DNA from: Candidatus Hydrogenedentota bacterium
GTDB taxonomy: Bacteria; Hydrogenedentota; Hydrogenedentia; Hydrogenedentales; SLHB01
Direction: 5' to 3'
Assembly (NCBI GenBank): GCA_963674865.2
Contig: CAXXYE010000003.1
Coordinates: 224,001 to 288,000, forward strand
Length of the DNA: 64,000 nt
The notes under the pieces are model-generated. The model was not told the DNA's origin and did not search any database. It saw only the letters and a program-made list of their open reading frames with translations. Made by a program: the position numbers and the translations under genes. Shown here piece after piece: positions 7,904 to 16,946 of this stretch (the first letter of the stretch is position 1; each line of letters opens with the position of its first letter).

Positions 7904-10864
7904 CTACCAGCGCAGGGGCCGCTGCCAGGCTTCCTTGAGTTCGGCTAGTTTGGCGTCGATGCCGGCTCCGGAACGACCTTTGAGTACGAATCGCTCCTCG
8001 GGGATGACCTCGCCGAGTCGGGTGACGGGACATCCTTCCAGGGCGGCCTCGAAGGCAGAGGCCGCACCGGGCGTCGTGGTGACAATGAAGCGGCTCTGGG
8101 ACTCGCTGAACAAGGCGACGATGTCGTTTTCGATGCCTAGTCGCGTGACATCGAGTTGCATGCCGAAGCCGCCGGCGAAGGCGGATTCCGCCAAGGCGAC
8201 GCCCAAGCCGCCGTCGGAGCAGTCATGGCACGAGGCCACCAGGCCCTTGTCTATGGCCGCCGAGAGCTTCTCGTAGATGGCCCGCGCCTGGCGCACATCC
8301 ACTCGCGGGACATTGACGCCCAATTGCCCGTGCAAGGCGAGATACTCGCTTCCTCCCATCTCGTCCTTGGTTTCGCCGACAAGGTAGACGATATCGCCCG
8401 GCCGCTTAACATCCATCGAGACGGCCTTCGTCACGTCATCCATCACCGCGGCGACGGTGAAGAGGACGGTCGGCGGGATAGAGATCTTCGTGTCGCCGAT
8501 TTTGTAGTCATTCTTCATACTATCCTTGCCGCTGATGAGGGGGATGTCGTAAGTGAGGCAGGTGTCGTGGAGGGCCTGGCAGCATCGGACAAGCTGCGCT
8601 AACTTGGCCTCGCCGTCGGGCGTCTTGTCGCTTTGGAGCGGATCCGGCCAACAGAAATTGTCCAGGCCGGCGATAGTCCCGAGCTTCGCGCCGACGCAGA
8701 TGAGATTGCGAACGGCCTCGTCGACGGCGGCAGCCATCATGGCGTACGTATCGATGTCGCTATACTTCGGGCAGATGCCGCAGGCGATGGCCAGGCCGCG
8801 TGTCGAGTCCGGCACGGGCCGCAGCACGGCGGCGTCGCCCGGCCCATCCTGATCGACGCCCTGGAACTGCTTCAAGACGCTCTGCGCCAGGACCTCGTGG
8901 TCGTACATCCGGACGAAGGTCTCCTTGCTGCACACGTTCAGGGAACCGAGAACGGCCTTCAAGTCGGCGGCAAGGTCGCCATCCTGGACGATGACTTCCG
9001 GTTCGAGTGTTGGCGGGGCCTCCACGGCCTTCAGGTGCATCTTGGGCACGCCCTCATGGAGGAAATCCATGTCAAGTGCGCCAATGAGGCGCCCTTCGTA
9101 GTAGCACTCCAGCCGGCCGGAATCGGTGTACGTGCCGAGTACCGTGGCCTCGACGGCCCGGCGCTTGGCCAGATCCATGAAGGCGTCCAACTTATCGGGC
9201 GGCACGGCCAAAGTCATGCGCTCCTGGGCCTCGGAAAGGAAGATCTCCCAAGGCGCCAGGCCGGCATACTTCAAAGGAGCGCGATCCAGGTGGACCTCGG
9301 CGCCTCCCGAGCCTCGCGCCATCTCGCCGACGCTCGATGACAATCCGCCCGCGCCGTCATCGGTAACGCACGTGAAAAGTCCGAGGTCGCGGGCTTCCAT
9401 CAGGAAATCGGCCATCTTTTTCTGCGTGATGGGATCGCCAATCTGCACCGCAGTGGCCGGGGAGCCTTCGTGCAGTTCCTCCGAGGAGAATGTTGCGCCG
9501 TGAATGCCGTCTTTGCCGATCCGCCCGCCCGTCATCACCACAAGATCGCCGGGCCGGGCGCTTTTCTCGTGGCTCGGCTTGCCGCAGGTGGTCGCGGGGA
9601 TTAGGCCACCGGTGCCGCAAAACACCAGGGGCTTGCCGAGGAAGCGCTCGTGAAACACGATGGCGCCGTTGACATCCGGAATGCCGCTCTGGTTGCCGCC
9701 GTCTTTGACGCCCTGGTGCACGCCCCGGAGCACGCGGCGCGGGTGCATAAGGCGGGGCGGAATCTCGCCGTCATGGAAAGGCGAGGCGAAGCAGAACACG
9801 TCCGTGTTGAGAATACACCGGCAGCCAAGGCCCGCGCCAAGAATATCGCGGTTGACGCCGACGATTCCCGTGATTGCGCCGCCGTAGGGATCGAGCGCGG
9901 AGGGGCTGTTGTGAGTTTCGCACTTGAGGGCGAAGTGGAAGTTGTCGTCGAACTTGATCAAGCCGGCGTTGTCATGGAAAACGCTGACGAGCCAGTCGAC
10001 CTTCTTGTCCATCTCGTCGGTAACCGCCTTGACGTACGTCTTGAAGAGGCTATCAATGGCTCGTGTGTTGCCGTCGGCATCGATGTATTCGATCTCGGCG
10101 TTGAATATCTTGTGTTTGCAGTGTTCGGACCACGTCTGCGCGAGAATCTCCAGTTCAATATCCGTGGGCGCGGCGGGCAAGCCCGCGGCTTGCCTGTACT
10201 CCCGCACCTTCTTGTCCCGGTAGTAGGCCTGAATGGCTTTGAGCTCGTGCAGTTCGAGGGCGAGCATCATGTCGCGACTCAACTGAGCGAGGTCGGTGTC
10301 GGGGATTTCAATGTCGATAGGCCGGACCTCGGCGTCGCTTTCGCCGGTGACAACGGGCAGGCCGAGCAGGGAAGTCCCCTTGAGTTGCGCCATATCCTCA
10401 GCCGATCGGACGGCCCATCGCTGAATCAGCTCGTTGGCGAGGAGATCACGCGCGATGCGCTCGCAGAGTTTCTCAGAAAGGTCGCCTTTCAAGGCGTACT
10501 GCGTGGATTTGAACACGGCTTCGCCCGAATGAAGGTCGCGTCCAAGGACGTCGGCGATGCCCTCCGCCGAACTCTTGCCCACGTTGTCCGTGACACCCGG
10601 CCGGAAGCCGACCTCGATCAGGTAGTCATAGTCCCGCGCAAGGGAGCCGTCGGCCACGGACTCCTGGATCACCGGGTCGGTGAAAAGTTCAACGCGGACG
10701 CGCTCCAGCTCTTCAGCGGATAGGGCGCCGTTGACGGTGTACACATCTACCACCCGGACACTCTCAACGGGAATATCGAGGTCCTCCACGATTTGGCTAC
10801 GGACGCTTGCCCCCGCCGGATCCGGCAGGTCGCGTTTCATGGCCACTTCGATCCTATTAGGCAT
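7904..10864 (-). CDS. purL: FGAM synthase synthetase subunit with N-terminal PurS-like extension
   Basis: Motifs WSEHCKHK, ETHNSPS, GGRIGKDGIHGAT, SEAQERM and ISGKDS. The start overlaps the purM stop. Confidence 0.95.
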   Translation of the reverse strand: MPNRIEVAMKRDLPDPAGASVRSQIVEDLDIPVESVRVVDVYTVNGALSAEELERVRVELFTDPVIQESVADGSLARDYDYLIEVGFRPGVTDNVGKSSAEGIADVLGRDLHSGEAVFKSTQYALKGDLSEKLCERIARDLLANELIQRWAVRSAEDMAQLKGTSLLGLPVVTGESDAEVRPIDIEIPDTDLAQLSRDMMLALELHELKAIQAYYRDKKVREYRQAAGLPAAPTDIELEILAQTWSEHCKHKIFNAEIEYIDADGNTRAIDSLFKTYVKAVTDEMDKKVDWLVSVFHDNAGLIKFDDNFHFALKCETHNSPSALDPYGGAITGIVGVNRDILGAGLGCRCILNTDVFCFASPFHDGEIPPRLMHPRRVLRGVHQGVKDGGNQSGIPDVNGAIVFHERFLGKPLVFCGTGGLIPATTCGKPSHEKSARPGDLVVMTGGRIGKDGIHGATFSSEELHEGSPATAVQIGDPITQKKMADFLMEARDLGLFTCVTDDGAGGLSSSVGEMARGSGGAEVHLDRAPLKYAGLAPWEIFLSEAQERMTLAVPPDKLDAFMDLAKRRAVEATVLGTYTDSGRLECYYEGRLIGALDMDFLHEGVPKMHLKAVEAPPTLEPEVIVQDGDLAADLKAVLGSLNVCSKETFVRMYDHEVLAQSVLKQFQGVDQDGPGDAAVLRPVPDSTRGLAIACGICPKYSDIDTYAMMAAAVDEAVRNLICVGAKLGTIAGLDNFCWPDPLQSDKTPDGEAKLAQLVRCCQALHDTCLTYDIPLISGKDSMKNDYKIGDTKISIPPTVLFTVAAVMDDVTKAVSMDVKRPGDIVYLVGETKDEMGGSEYLALHGQLGVNVPRVDVRQARAIYEKLSAAIDKGLVASCHDCSDGGLGVALAESAFAGGFGMQLDVTRLGIENDIVALFSESQSRFIVTTTPGAASAFEAALEGCPVTRLGEVIPEERFVLKGRSGAGIDAKLAELKEAWQRPLRW

Positions 10865-11918
10865 AGCGCAGATTCCCCACGTATTGCACCGTGTTCTCGC
10901 CCGGGACGACTTCACCGATCACCTTGGGCTTTTCGCAGGCCTGCGTCAGCGCCGCGACGGCCTCTTCCACCTCATCCTTCCCGACGATGACCAGGAAGCC
11001 CATACCGAGGTTAAATGTCCGAAGCATCTCTTTGTCGGTGACGTTCCCTGTTTCACGAAGGAAAGTGAAGATCGACGGAACTTTCCACGCTCCAAGATCG
11101 ATTTGCACGCCAAGCTTCTTGGGAAGGGCGCGAGGGAGATTGTCGGTGATGCCGCCGCCGGTGATGTGGGCCATGCCCTTCACTTTCACGATCTTCATCA
11201 GGAGTTGGATGATCTTCGAATAACTGCGATGCGGCTCCAGCATTGCCTCGCCGACAGTTTGGCCAGTGCCGGGCAGTTCGTCATCGCAGGAAAGCCCGGC
11301 CACCTCGAAAACGATCTTCCTCGCCAGGCTGTAGCCATTGGTGTGCAGGCCTGAAGAGCCGAGCCCGATGACCGCATCGCCCGGGTTGATGGTAGAGCCT
11401 TCGATGATTTTCCCGCGGTCGACAATGCCTACGATAGTCCCTGCCAAATCGTACTCATTGACATCGTACATGCCGGGCATCTCGGCGGTTTCGCCCCCGA
11501 TGAGAGCGCACCCGGCGTAGCGGCAGCCGTTGGCCACTCCCTGAATGACCGACGTCGACACCGAGGGGTCCATCTTGCCGCAAGCGAGGTAGTCCAGGAA
11601 GAAGAGAGGGCGCGCGCCCTGGACGAGAATATCGTTGACGCAGTGCGACACGAGGTCGATGCCGACCGTGTCATGCTTGCCCGTCATGAAGGCCAGCTTC
11701 AATTTCGTTCCGACGCCGTCCACACTCGATACCAGCACGGGCTGCTCCATGTTGGCAAGATCGAGCTGGTACATGGCCCCGAAGGTCCCGATATCGCACA
11801 GGACATTGTCGTCAAAGGTCTTTTGCACCATTTCTTTCACGGCGCGAACCGTCGCGTCGGCGGCGTCAATATCGACTCCGGCATCCCGGTAACTAAGGCT
11901 GGGGCGTTCCTGGCTCAT
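10857..11918 (-). CDS. purM: Phosphoribosylformylglycinamidine cyclo-ligase (AIR synthetase)
   Basis: Motifs YRDAGVDI, DGVGTK, GGETAEMP, SSGLHTNGYS and HITGGG. Confidence 0.97.
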   Translation of the reverse strand: MSQERPSLSYRDAGVDIDAADATVRAVKEMVQKTFDDNVLCDIGTFGAMYQLDLANMEQPVLVSSVDGVGTKLKLAFMTGKHDTVGIDLVSHCVNDILVQGARPLFFLDYLACGKMDPSVSTSVIQGVANGCRYAGCALIGGETAEMPGMYDVNEYDLAGTIVGIVDRGKIIEGSTINPGDAVIGLGSSGLHTNGYSLARKIVFEVAGLSCDDELPGTGQTVGEAMLEPHRSYSKIIQLLMKIVKVKGMAHITGGGITDNLPRALPKKLGVQIDLGAWKVPSIFTFLRETGNVTDKEMLRTFNLGMGFLVIVGKDEVEEAVAALTQACEKPKVIGEVVPGENTVQYVGNLRYA

Positions 11919-12094
11919 GGCTGAATCCTCGCAATAGTGTAATTAGGCCCGCAAGGTGCAACATGCCTCAACGCAAGAGCTCGACCACCTGACAAGCCCA
12001 GCGCCCTTGCGATAACGCCGCACCCGAATGGGGCGGATAGGTTGAGAATACCCCTCATACTATGATAAAGCAAATGAAATGTTGTGATGTATTG

Positions 12095-12109
12095 ATAAGG
12101 AAGGCTTAT
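12095..12109. promoter_or_regulatory. LysR-type T-N11-A operator (ATAAG-N5-CTTAT)
   Basis: Perfect interrupted palindrome just before the LysR start, within the divergent intergenic region. Confidence 0.65.
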
Positions 12110-12110
12110 C

Positions 12111-12980
12111 ATGACGCTCGAAGGATTACGCTGCTTTTGCGCGGTTGTTGAGGCCAAGAGTTTTCGGGGCGCGGCCGCGCGTGTCCACCGGTCACAGCCT
12201 GCCGTGAGCCAGCAGGTAAAGGCTCTTGAGGAGGAGTTTGGCCGTGTCCTGATCGAGCGGAAATCGGGGCGGCCGACGCCCATTGGACAGGTCCTGTACA
12301 CTCGGGCGCGGCGGATCCTGAACGACTCCGCCAGCCTGACGCGCGAGTTGGGGGAGTTCGACGAGGCAAAGGGCGGGGAACTGCGGGTGGGATCGAGCGA
12401 CACGACGGCGCTCTATTTCCTGCCCCCGATGGTCCGGGAATTCGCCAGGCGCATGCCGTTGACCACGCTGGTGATGGTTAACCGCCCGTCGAACGCCATT
12501 GCCGAGGGAATCGTCCGGGGCGAGCTTGATCTCGGGATCGTGACGCTTCCGTTGTTGCGGGACGAACTGGAGGAACAGGAACTCTTCCAGGAGCGGCTCG
12601 TGCTGGTGACACCGCGCAGCCACCGGTTGGGCGGGCGCAGGCGCGTGCGTCTTGCCGACCTCCGCGACGAGCGATTCCTCCTGCTCGACGCGAGTACCCG
12701 TACCGGAACTCTGCTCCGCGAGCATTTTGAGGCCGAGGGTTTCGAGCCCCGTGTGGTTCTGGACAGCGGCAGTTTCGAGGTCATCAAGCGCTATGTAGCG
12801 GAAGGGGTCGGCGTTTCGTTCTTGCCCGAGATCGCCGTCGGCCCGGCCGACGAGGCCCTTGCTACCGTCGAAACCGTGGGACTCCCATCGGTGCGGATCG
12901 GCGTGACATGGCGGCGGGGCGCATACCAAGGTGGAGCCGAGAAGACTTTCTTGGACGTCATCGCTGGACGGGGTAAATAA
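12111..12980 (+). CDS. LysR-family transcriptional regulator
   Basis: N-terminal HTH (SFRGAAARVHRSQPAVSQQVKALEEE) followed by a substrate-binding domain. Confidence 0.95.
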   Translation: MTLEGLRCFCAVVEAKSFRGAAARVHRSQPAVSQQVKALEEEFGRVLIERKSGRPTPIGQVLYTRARRILNDSASLTRELGEFDEAKGGELRVGSSDTTALYFLPPMVREFARRMPLTTLVMVNRPSNAIAEGIVRGELDLGIVTLPLLRDELEEQELFQERLVLVTPRSHRLGGRRRVRLADLRDERFLLLDASTRTGTLLREHFEAEGFEPRVVLDSGSFEVIKRYVAEGVGVSFLPEIAVGPADEALATVETVGLPSVRIGVTWRRGAYQGGAEKTFLDVIAGRGK

Positions 12981-13039
12981 TTGTTCTAACACCGGTTAGG
13001 CGAAAGCGGGGGCGCGAGAGTTCACGTGAAAACAAGGTC

Positions 13040-13068
13040 TTGACACAGGAGCTTTGTTGGTATATAAT
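13040..13068 (+). promoter_or_regulatory. Consensus sigma70 promoter
   Basis: Exact TTGACA-N17-TATAAT, ending 58 nt before the ATG at 13127. Confidence 0.85.
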
Positions 13069-13126
13069 TCATATATTAACAGTTGATGTCTGCGCATAAC
13101 GCCGCGGCGGTCGAAAGGAGCTTGTC

Positions 13127-14221
13127 ATGAAACCAAACCGTATGGAACGAGGCCCCTGGAAGCATCGAGTGCTCATCTTCGGATTCAGCGCGTTGCTCGC
13201 GCTGCTCTTGGTGTGGCTCCTTGGTTTTGTGTTGAGGGATATCGGGCGTATGCCCGGCCCCGATCGTGCAGCCATCGAGAAGAAGTACGTGGCCCAGTCG
13301 CTCGTGGACAAGAAAACGGCGTTGGGGAAGGAACAAAATGACCTTGAGAGGCAGGTGGCCAATCAGCGGGAGATTCAGAGCATCCTGCGCACAAGCACCG
13401 ACAACTCCCAGCAGACGATGAACCAGCTTCTTGAGATGTACCGGCTGGGCCTGACGAAGGGAGTCACGCCCTCCGAGCAGGAGCAGGCCTCTCTGGCAGA
13501 GAGCGAGAAGCAATTCCTCGAGAACCAGAAGCAGTTCCAGGTGGCCAATCAGGAGATCGCGCGCCTCAGTGAACGCCTGAGGGTGATTCAGCAGGAAATC
13601 ACCGCTCTGGACGAGCAGATTGAGAATAGCCGGAAGCCGGCTACGGAGGAGTACAACCGGCTTCGTGAGCGTCACTCGCTGAAGGTGGCCGCACTGAAAC
13701 TCGGTTTCCTGGTGCCTTTGATGTTCCTTGCCACCTGGATGGCCGTCAAGATGCGGACGAAGCCGTATGCGCCCTTGGCCTACGCCGCCTTCGGCGCCGC
13801 CCTCTGGCGCACGGGCACGGTGATGCACCAGCATTTCCCGAGAGAGTACTTCAAGTACATCGCCATCGGGGCCGCCATTGCGATTGTCCTCGCCATACTC
13901 CTCCACCTCATCCGTGCACTCGTGGCTCCGAAGAAGGACTGGCTGCTCAAGCAGTACAAGGAGGCCTACAATAAGCACCTCTGCCCCGTCTGCTCTTTTC
14001 CGATGCAGGGCGCCGCGGCTTCTGGTTTGCGCCGGTTAGGCAGGCGGGGCGCTGTTATCATGCCGTCCATGGACGCGGCGGGGCAGAGCGGCATAGAGCC
14101 ATACACGTGCCCCTCCTGCGGCACAGGTCTCTTCGCCCCCTGCGCATCTTGCGGCAAGACAAGACACGCGCTCCTCCCGTATTGCGAGCACTGTGGCGCG
14201 GGATTCGAGTCGCAGGAGTAA
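13127..14221 (+). CDS. Hypothetical membrane protein with coiled coil and C-terminal multi-CxxC zinc ribbon
   Basis: N-terminal TM, a long Q/E/K heptad region, three more TMs, then CPVC, CPSC, CASC and CEHC. Confidence 0.8.
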   Translation: MKPNRMERGPWKHRVLIFGFSALLALLLVWLLGFVLRDIGRMPGPDRAAIEKKYVAQSLVDKKTALGKEQNDLERQVANQREIQSILRTSTDNSQQTMNQLLEMYRLGLTKGVTPSEQEQASLAESEKQFLENQKQFQVANQEIARLSERLRVIQQEITALDEQIENSRKPATEEYNRLRERHSLKVAALKLGFLVPLMFLATWMAVKMRTKPYAPLAYAAFGAALWRTGTVMHQHFPREYFKYIAIGAAIAIVLAILLHLIRALVAPKKDWLLKQYKEAYNKHLCPVCSFPMQGAAASGLRRLGRRGAVIMPSMDAAGQSGIEPYTCPSCGTGLFAPCASCGKTRHALLPYCEHCGAGFESQE

Positions 14222-14233
14222 GATAGCAATGAG

Positions 14234-14267
14234 ATGAGAGCGGCTCGCCTATGCGGGCCGCTCTCAT
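14234..14267. terminator. Stem-loop between convergent genes
   Basis: ATGAGAGCGGCTCGC-CTAT-GCGGGCCGCTCTCAT forms a 15-bp stem with one G-T pair. Confidence 0.7.
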
Positions 14268-14293
14268 GTCGTCAGTGTGTGGGACGGGGAACG

Positions 14294-15898
14294 CTACGCT
14301 TCCGGCGCCTTCCGAGGAGCCGCCGGCTTTGACGACGATACCGGGCTGGCAGCCGGCGTTGCCGGGGACTCATCCGCGGCGGACTTGAGCTTTGCGAGGT
14401 ACTCGGGAATCTCGACGCCGCCGATGTCCTTCATGACCTGCAACATTGGGGGCAAGGTCTTGGCCATGTTCTGTAAGAAGCCGGCCGTCGCGCCGTTACC
14501 GTCCTTGCCGCCGTTCTCCCAGACGATGACCTTATCGAATTTGATGTTCGAGATGGCCTGGGCGGAGGCGTTAGCCAGATTGTCCAAGTGCTCGAGCATA
14601 AGCATCTGGAACGCGTCCTGGCTCGTGCCACAGGCGTCGATGATGCGCTGGAAGCCTTCACCCTTCTTGGCAAGAATCTCATATTGGCCCTTTGCTTCGG
14701 CCTCAAGTCGGGCGAAAATGGCCGAGGCTTCACCTTCGGCCTCGATGCGGCGCTTCTCCTTCTCGGCTTCCGCCTCAACGATGGTTCTGGCCTTCTGCGC
14801 CTTGGCCGGCGCTTCGAGTTGTGCGCGTCGCTCCTGCTCGACCCGCTCCGCCTCGGCCACCGCGGCCTTGGCCATGGCCCGGTTCTGAATCTCGAGCACG
14901 GCCGCCTCAGACTCCCGTTTCCGGCCTTCACCGATCTGGTAAGCCTCCGCTTCTTTCACGTGAAGTCCGGCGTTGGAGTTGGCGATTGTGGCTTTCGAAG
15001 TGTTCTCACCCTCGATGGCCTTGGCATTCGCATTGGCTACGGAGATGCGCATCTCGCGCTCGGCGTCCCGGATCTGGGCCTCGCGCTGGAACGCGGCGCT
15101 CTGCTCACCAATCTGCTGCTCCTTGTCCAATTCCGCCACACGCACGGCCTGCTCTTTCACGGCCATCCGTACGCCGACCTCGCGCTCGCGTTTGGCTTCG
15201 GCAACCTTCACCATCTTCTCGCGTTCCGCCTCGGCGACGCGGACCTCGCCCATCCTTTCCTGATCGGCCACGTCGCCCCGGGCCTGCTGAATCGCCTGCG
15301 AGGCCGCCTTCCGGCCGATGGCCTCGATGTAGCCTGATTCATCGGTAATATCGGTGATATTGACATTGATGAGGACTAGGCCGATCTTGAGGAGTTCCGG
15401 TTCGAGCGAGCTTTGGATGTTATGCAGGAACTTCTCCCGATCGCGGTTGATCTCCTGGATGCTCATCGAGGCGATCACCTGGCGGAGCTGGCCGAAGATG
15501 ATGTCCTCGGCCTGTTGCTTGACCTCATTCGTATTGAGGCCCAGGAGGCGGATGGCCGCATTCTGCATGAATTCCGGTTCGGTGCCGATGGCCACCGTGA
15601 AGACACTAGGCACGTTCACGCGGATGTTTTCGAGTGAAAGCGCATCCTTCAGTGGGATCGCAATCTGGATCGGCTCCAAACCCAGAAACGAGTGCTCCTG
15701 AATAAGGGGCCAGACGAACGCCGCGCCGCCGTGGATACACTTGGCGGTCCTGCCGCGCTGGACCTTACCGTAGATGACCAGGATGCAGTTGCTGGGGCAA
15801 CGCTTGTAGCGTTTGACAAGGAGCAGCACGAAGCTGAAAAACAGAATGGCCGCTAATACGGCGGCAATGACCATAAGACCGTGCGTGCTTATCAGCAT
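14294..15898 (-). CDS. Flotillin/SPFH (band 7) family protein
   Basis: N-terminal TM, SPFH domain (GQLRQVIASM, NITDITDESGY) and AEA-rich coiled coil. GGAGG RBS. Confidence 0.93.
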   Translation of the reverse strand: MLISTHGLMVIAAVLAAILFFSFVLLLVKRYKRCPSNCILVIYGKVQRGRTAKCIHGGAAFVWPLIQEHSFLGLEPIQIAIPLKDALSLENIRVNVPSVFTVAIGTEPEFMQNAAIRLLGLNTNEVKQQAEDIIFGQLRQVIASMSIQEINRDREKFLHNIQSSLEPELLKIGLVLINVNITDITDESGYIEAIGRKAASQAIQQARGDVADQERMGEVRVAEAEREKMVKVAEAKREREVGVRMAVKEQAVRVAELDKEQQIGEQSAAFQREAQIRDAEREMRISVANANAKAIEGENTSKATIANSNAGLHVKEAEAYQIGEGRKRESEAAVLEIQNRAMAKAAVAEAERVEQERRAQLEAPAKAQKARTIVEAEAEKEKRRIEAEGEASAIFARLEAEAKGQYEILAKKGEGFQRIIDACGTSQDAFQMLMLEHLDNLANASAQAISNIKFDKVIVWENGGKDGNGATAGFLQNMAKTLPPMLQVMKDIGGVEIPEYLAKLKSAADESPATPAASPVSSSKPAAPRKAPEA

Positions 15899-15998
15899 AG
15901 ACAATCCTCCCCGTGTGCCTCACTTCAATCTGTCTTCACATTGCGGGCCGACGACCCGCCATGACTACGCGACTCGATCCCAGGGCGTGCCGCGACGC

Positions 15999-16640
15999 CT
16001 ACGGCAACGCCTCCACCTCGAGGGTGTCCGAGCTGACGATTCCTACAACCGTGACGCGTTCGCCGCTCCGGAGTTCACGCTCCTTCATCGTCACGGCCTG
16101 ATACTCCATGGTTCGATCCTGGATCTTCACCGTGACTTTCCCGGCGCCCTCCCGGTTGGGTGGGATGCCAAGGTACACCGTGGCAGTCTCGCCTACGGCC
16201 GACTCAATACGGACGTTCCCTTCCGAACTCAACTTGTGCAGCATATTCATCAGCCAGGCCACAATAAACATGGCCACGGCGCCGGCCGCGAGGGCCGCGA
16301 CAAAGGCCAAGTACTGCGAAAGGCCGGCCGAAGTGCCTATGAGTCCGCCCAGGCCGAAGAAGGCCACGGCGGCCACAATCGACTTCACACTGAGCATGGC
16401 GAAGAACCAGGAGCCAAACTGATCGGCGTGGTCCATGTCGACATGGTGATCGGCGATGTGATCGTGCCCCACATCGACGTGATCGCCGCCGAAATCGCCG
16501 TGATCACCAGCGAAGTCGCCGTGGTCCCCGCCCGCGTCCGCGTCCTCGCCCCCCAGGCCAATCAAGGTGAGTAAGAACTGGCAGACCAAGACCGTGCCGC
16601 CCGCCGCCGCGAGGACCGTGTACAGTGTCACCATGCTCAT
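15999..16640 (-). CDS. NfeD-like (YuaF-type) flotillin partner
   Basis: TM segments plus a C-terminal OB-fold-like region (ATVYLGIPP...GKVTVKIQ). It lies directly upstream of the flotillin gene. Confidence 0.85.
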   Translation of the reverse strand: MSMVTLYTVLAAAGGTVLVCQFLLTLIGLGGEDADAGGDHGDFAGDHGDFGGDHVDVGHDHIADHHVDMDHADQFGSWFFAMLSVKSIVAAVAFFGLGGLIGTSAGLSQYLAFVAALAAGAVAMFIVAWLMNMLHKLSSEGNVRIESAVGETATVYLGIPPNREGAGKVTVKIQDRTMEYQAVTMKERELRSGERVTVVGIVSSDTLEVEALP

Positions 16641-16946
16641 CGCTGCGCTTCCTCCCTTTCGAGCGCGTCGGAACCGCGGCCGGCGGGCCTTGTGGAAAAA
16701 GCCGTCCGCCCCGGCATCCACTGAAGCTCTACACCTGAATTGATGATATATTCACTCGCTTGACCAGTCAATGACATGGTCGGCCAGCGTCATCTCCCGT
16801 GCTGGCATCAAAGAGAAAGCAACCTTCATGCCCACGCGCGTTAGCGCGGCAAGCGGTTTTTCGAAAGGTGCTTAGCCTCGCTCATCACGCCTGAACCGGT
16901 TCGGCACCCCTGGCTTTTCCGCCAACAAATGGCGAAGCCGGCCAAG

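Noticed and set aside
13018..13033. parS site around TTCACGTGAA
   Set aside because: Only 11 of 16 positions match TGTTTCACGTGAAACA and the outer arms fail. Kept only as a generic palindrome.
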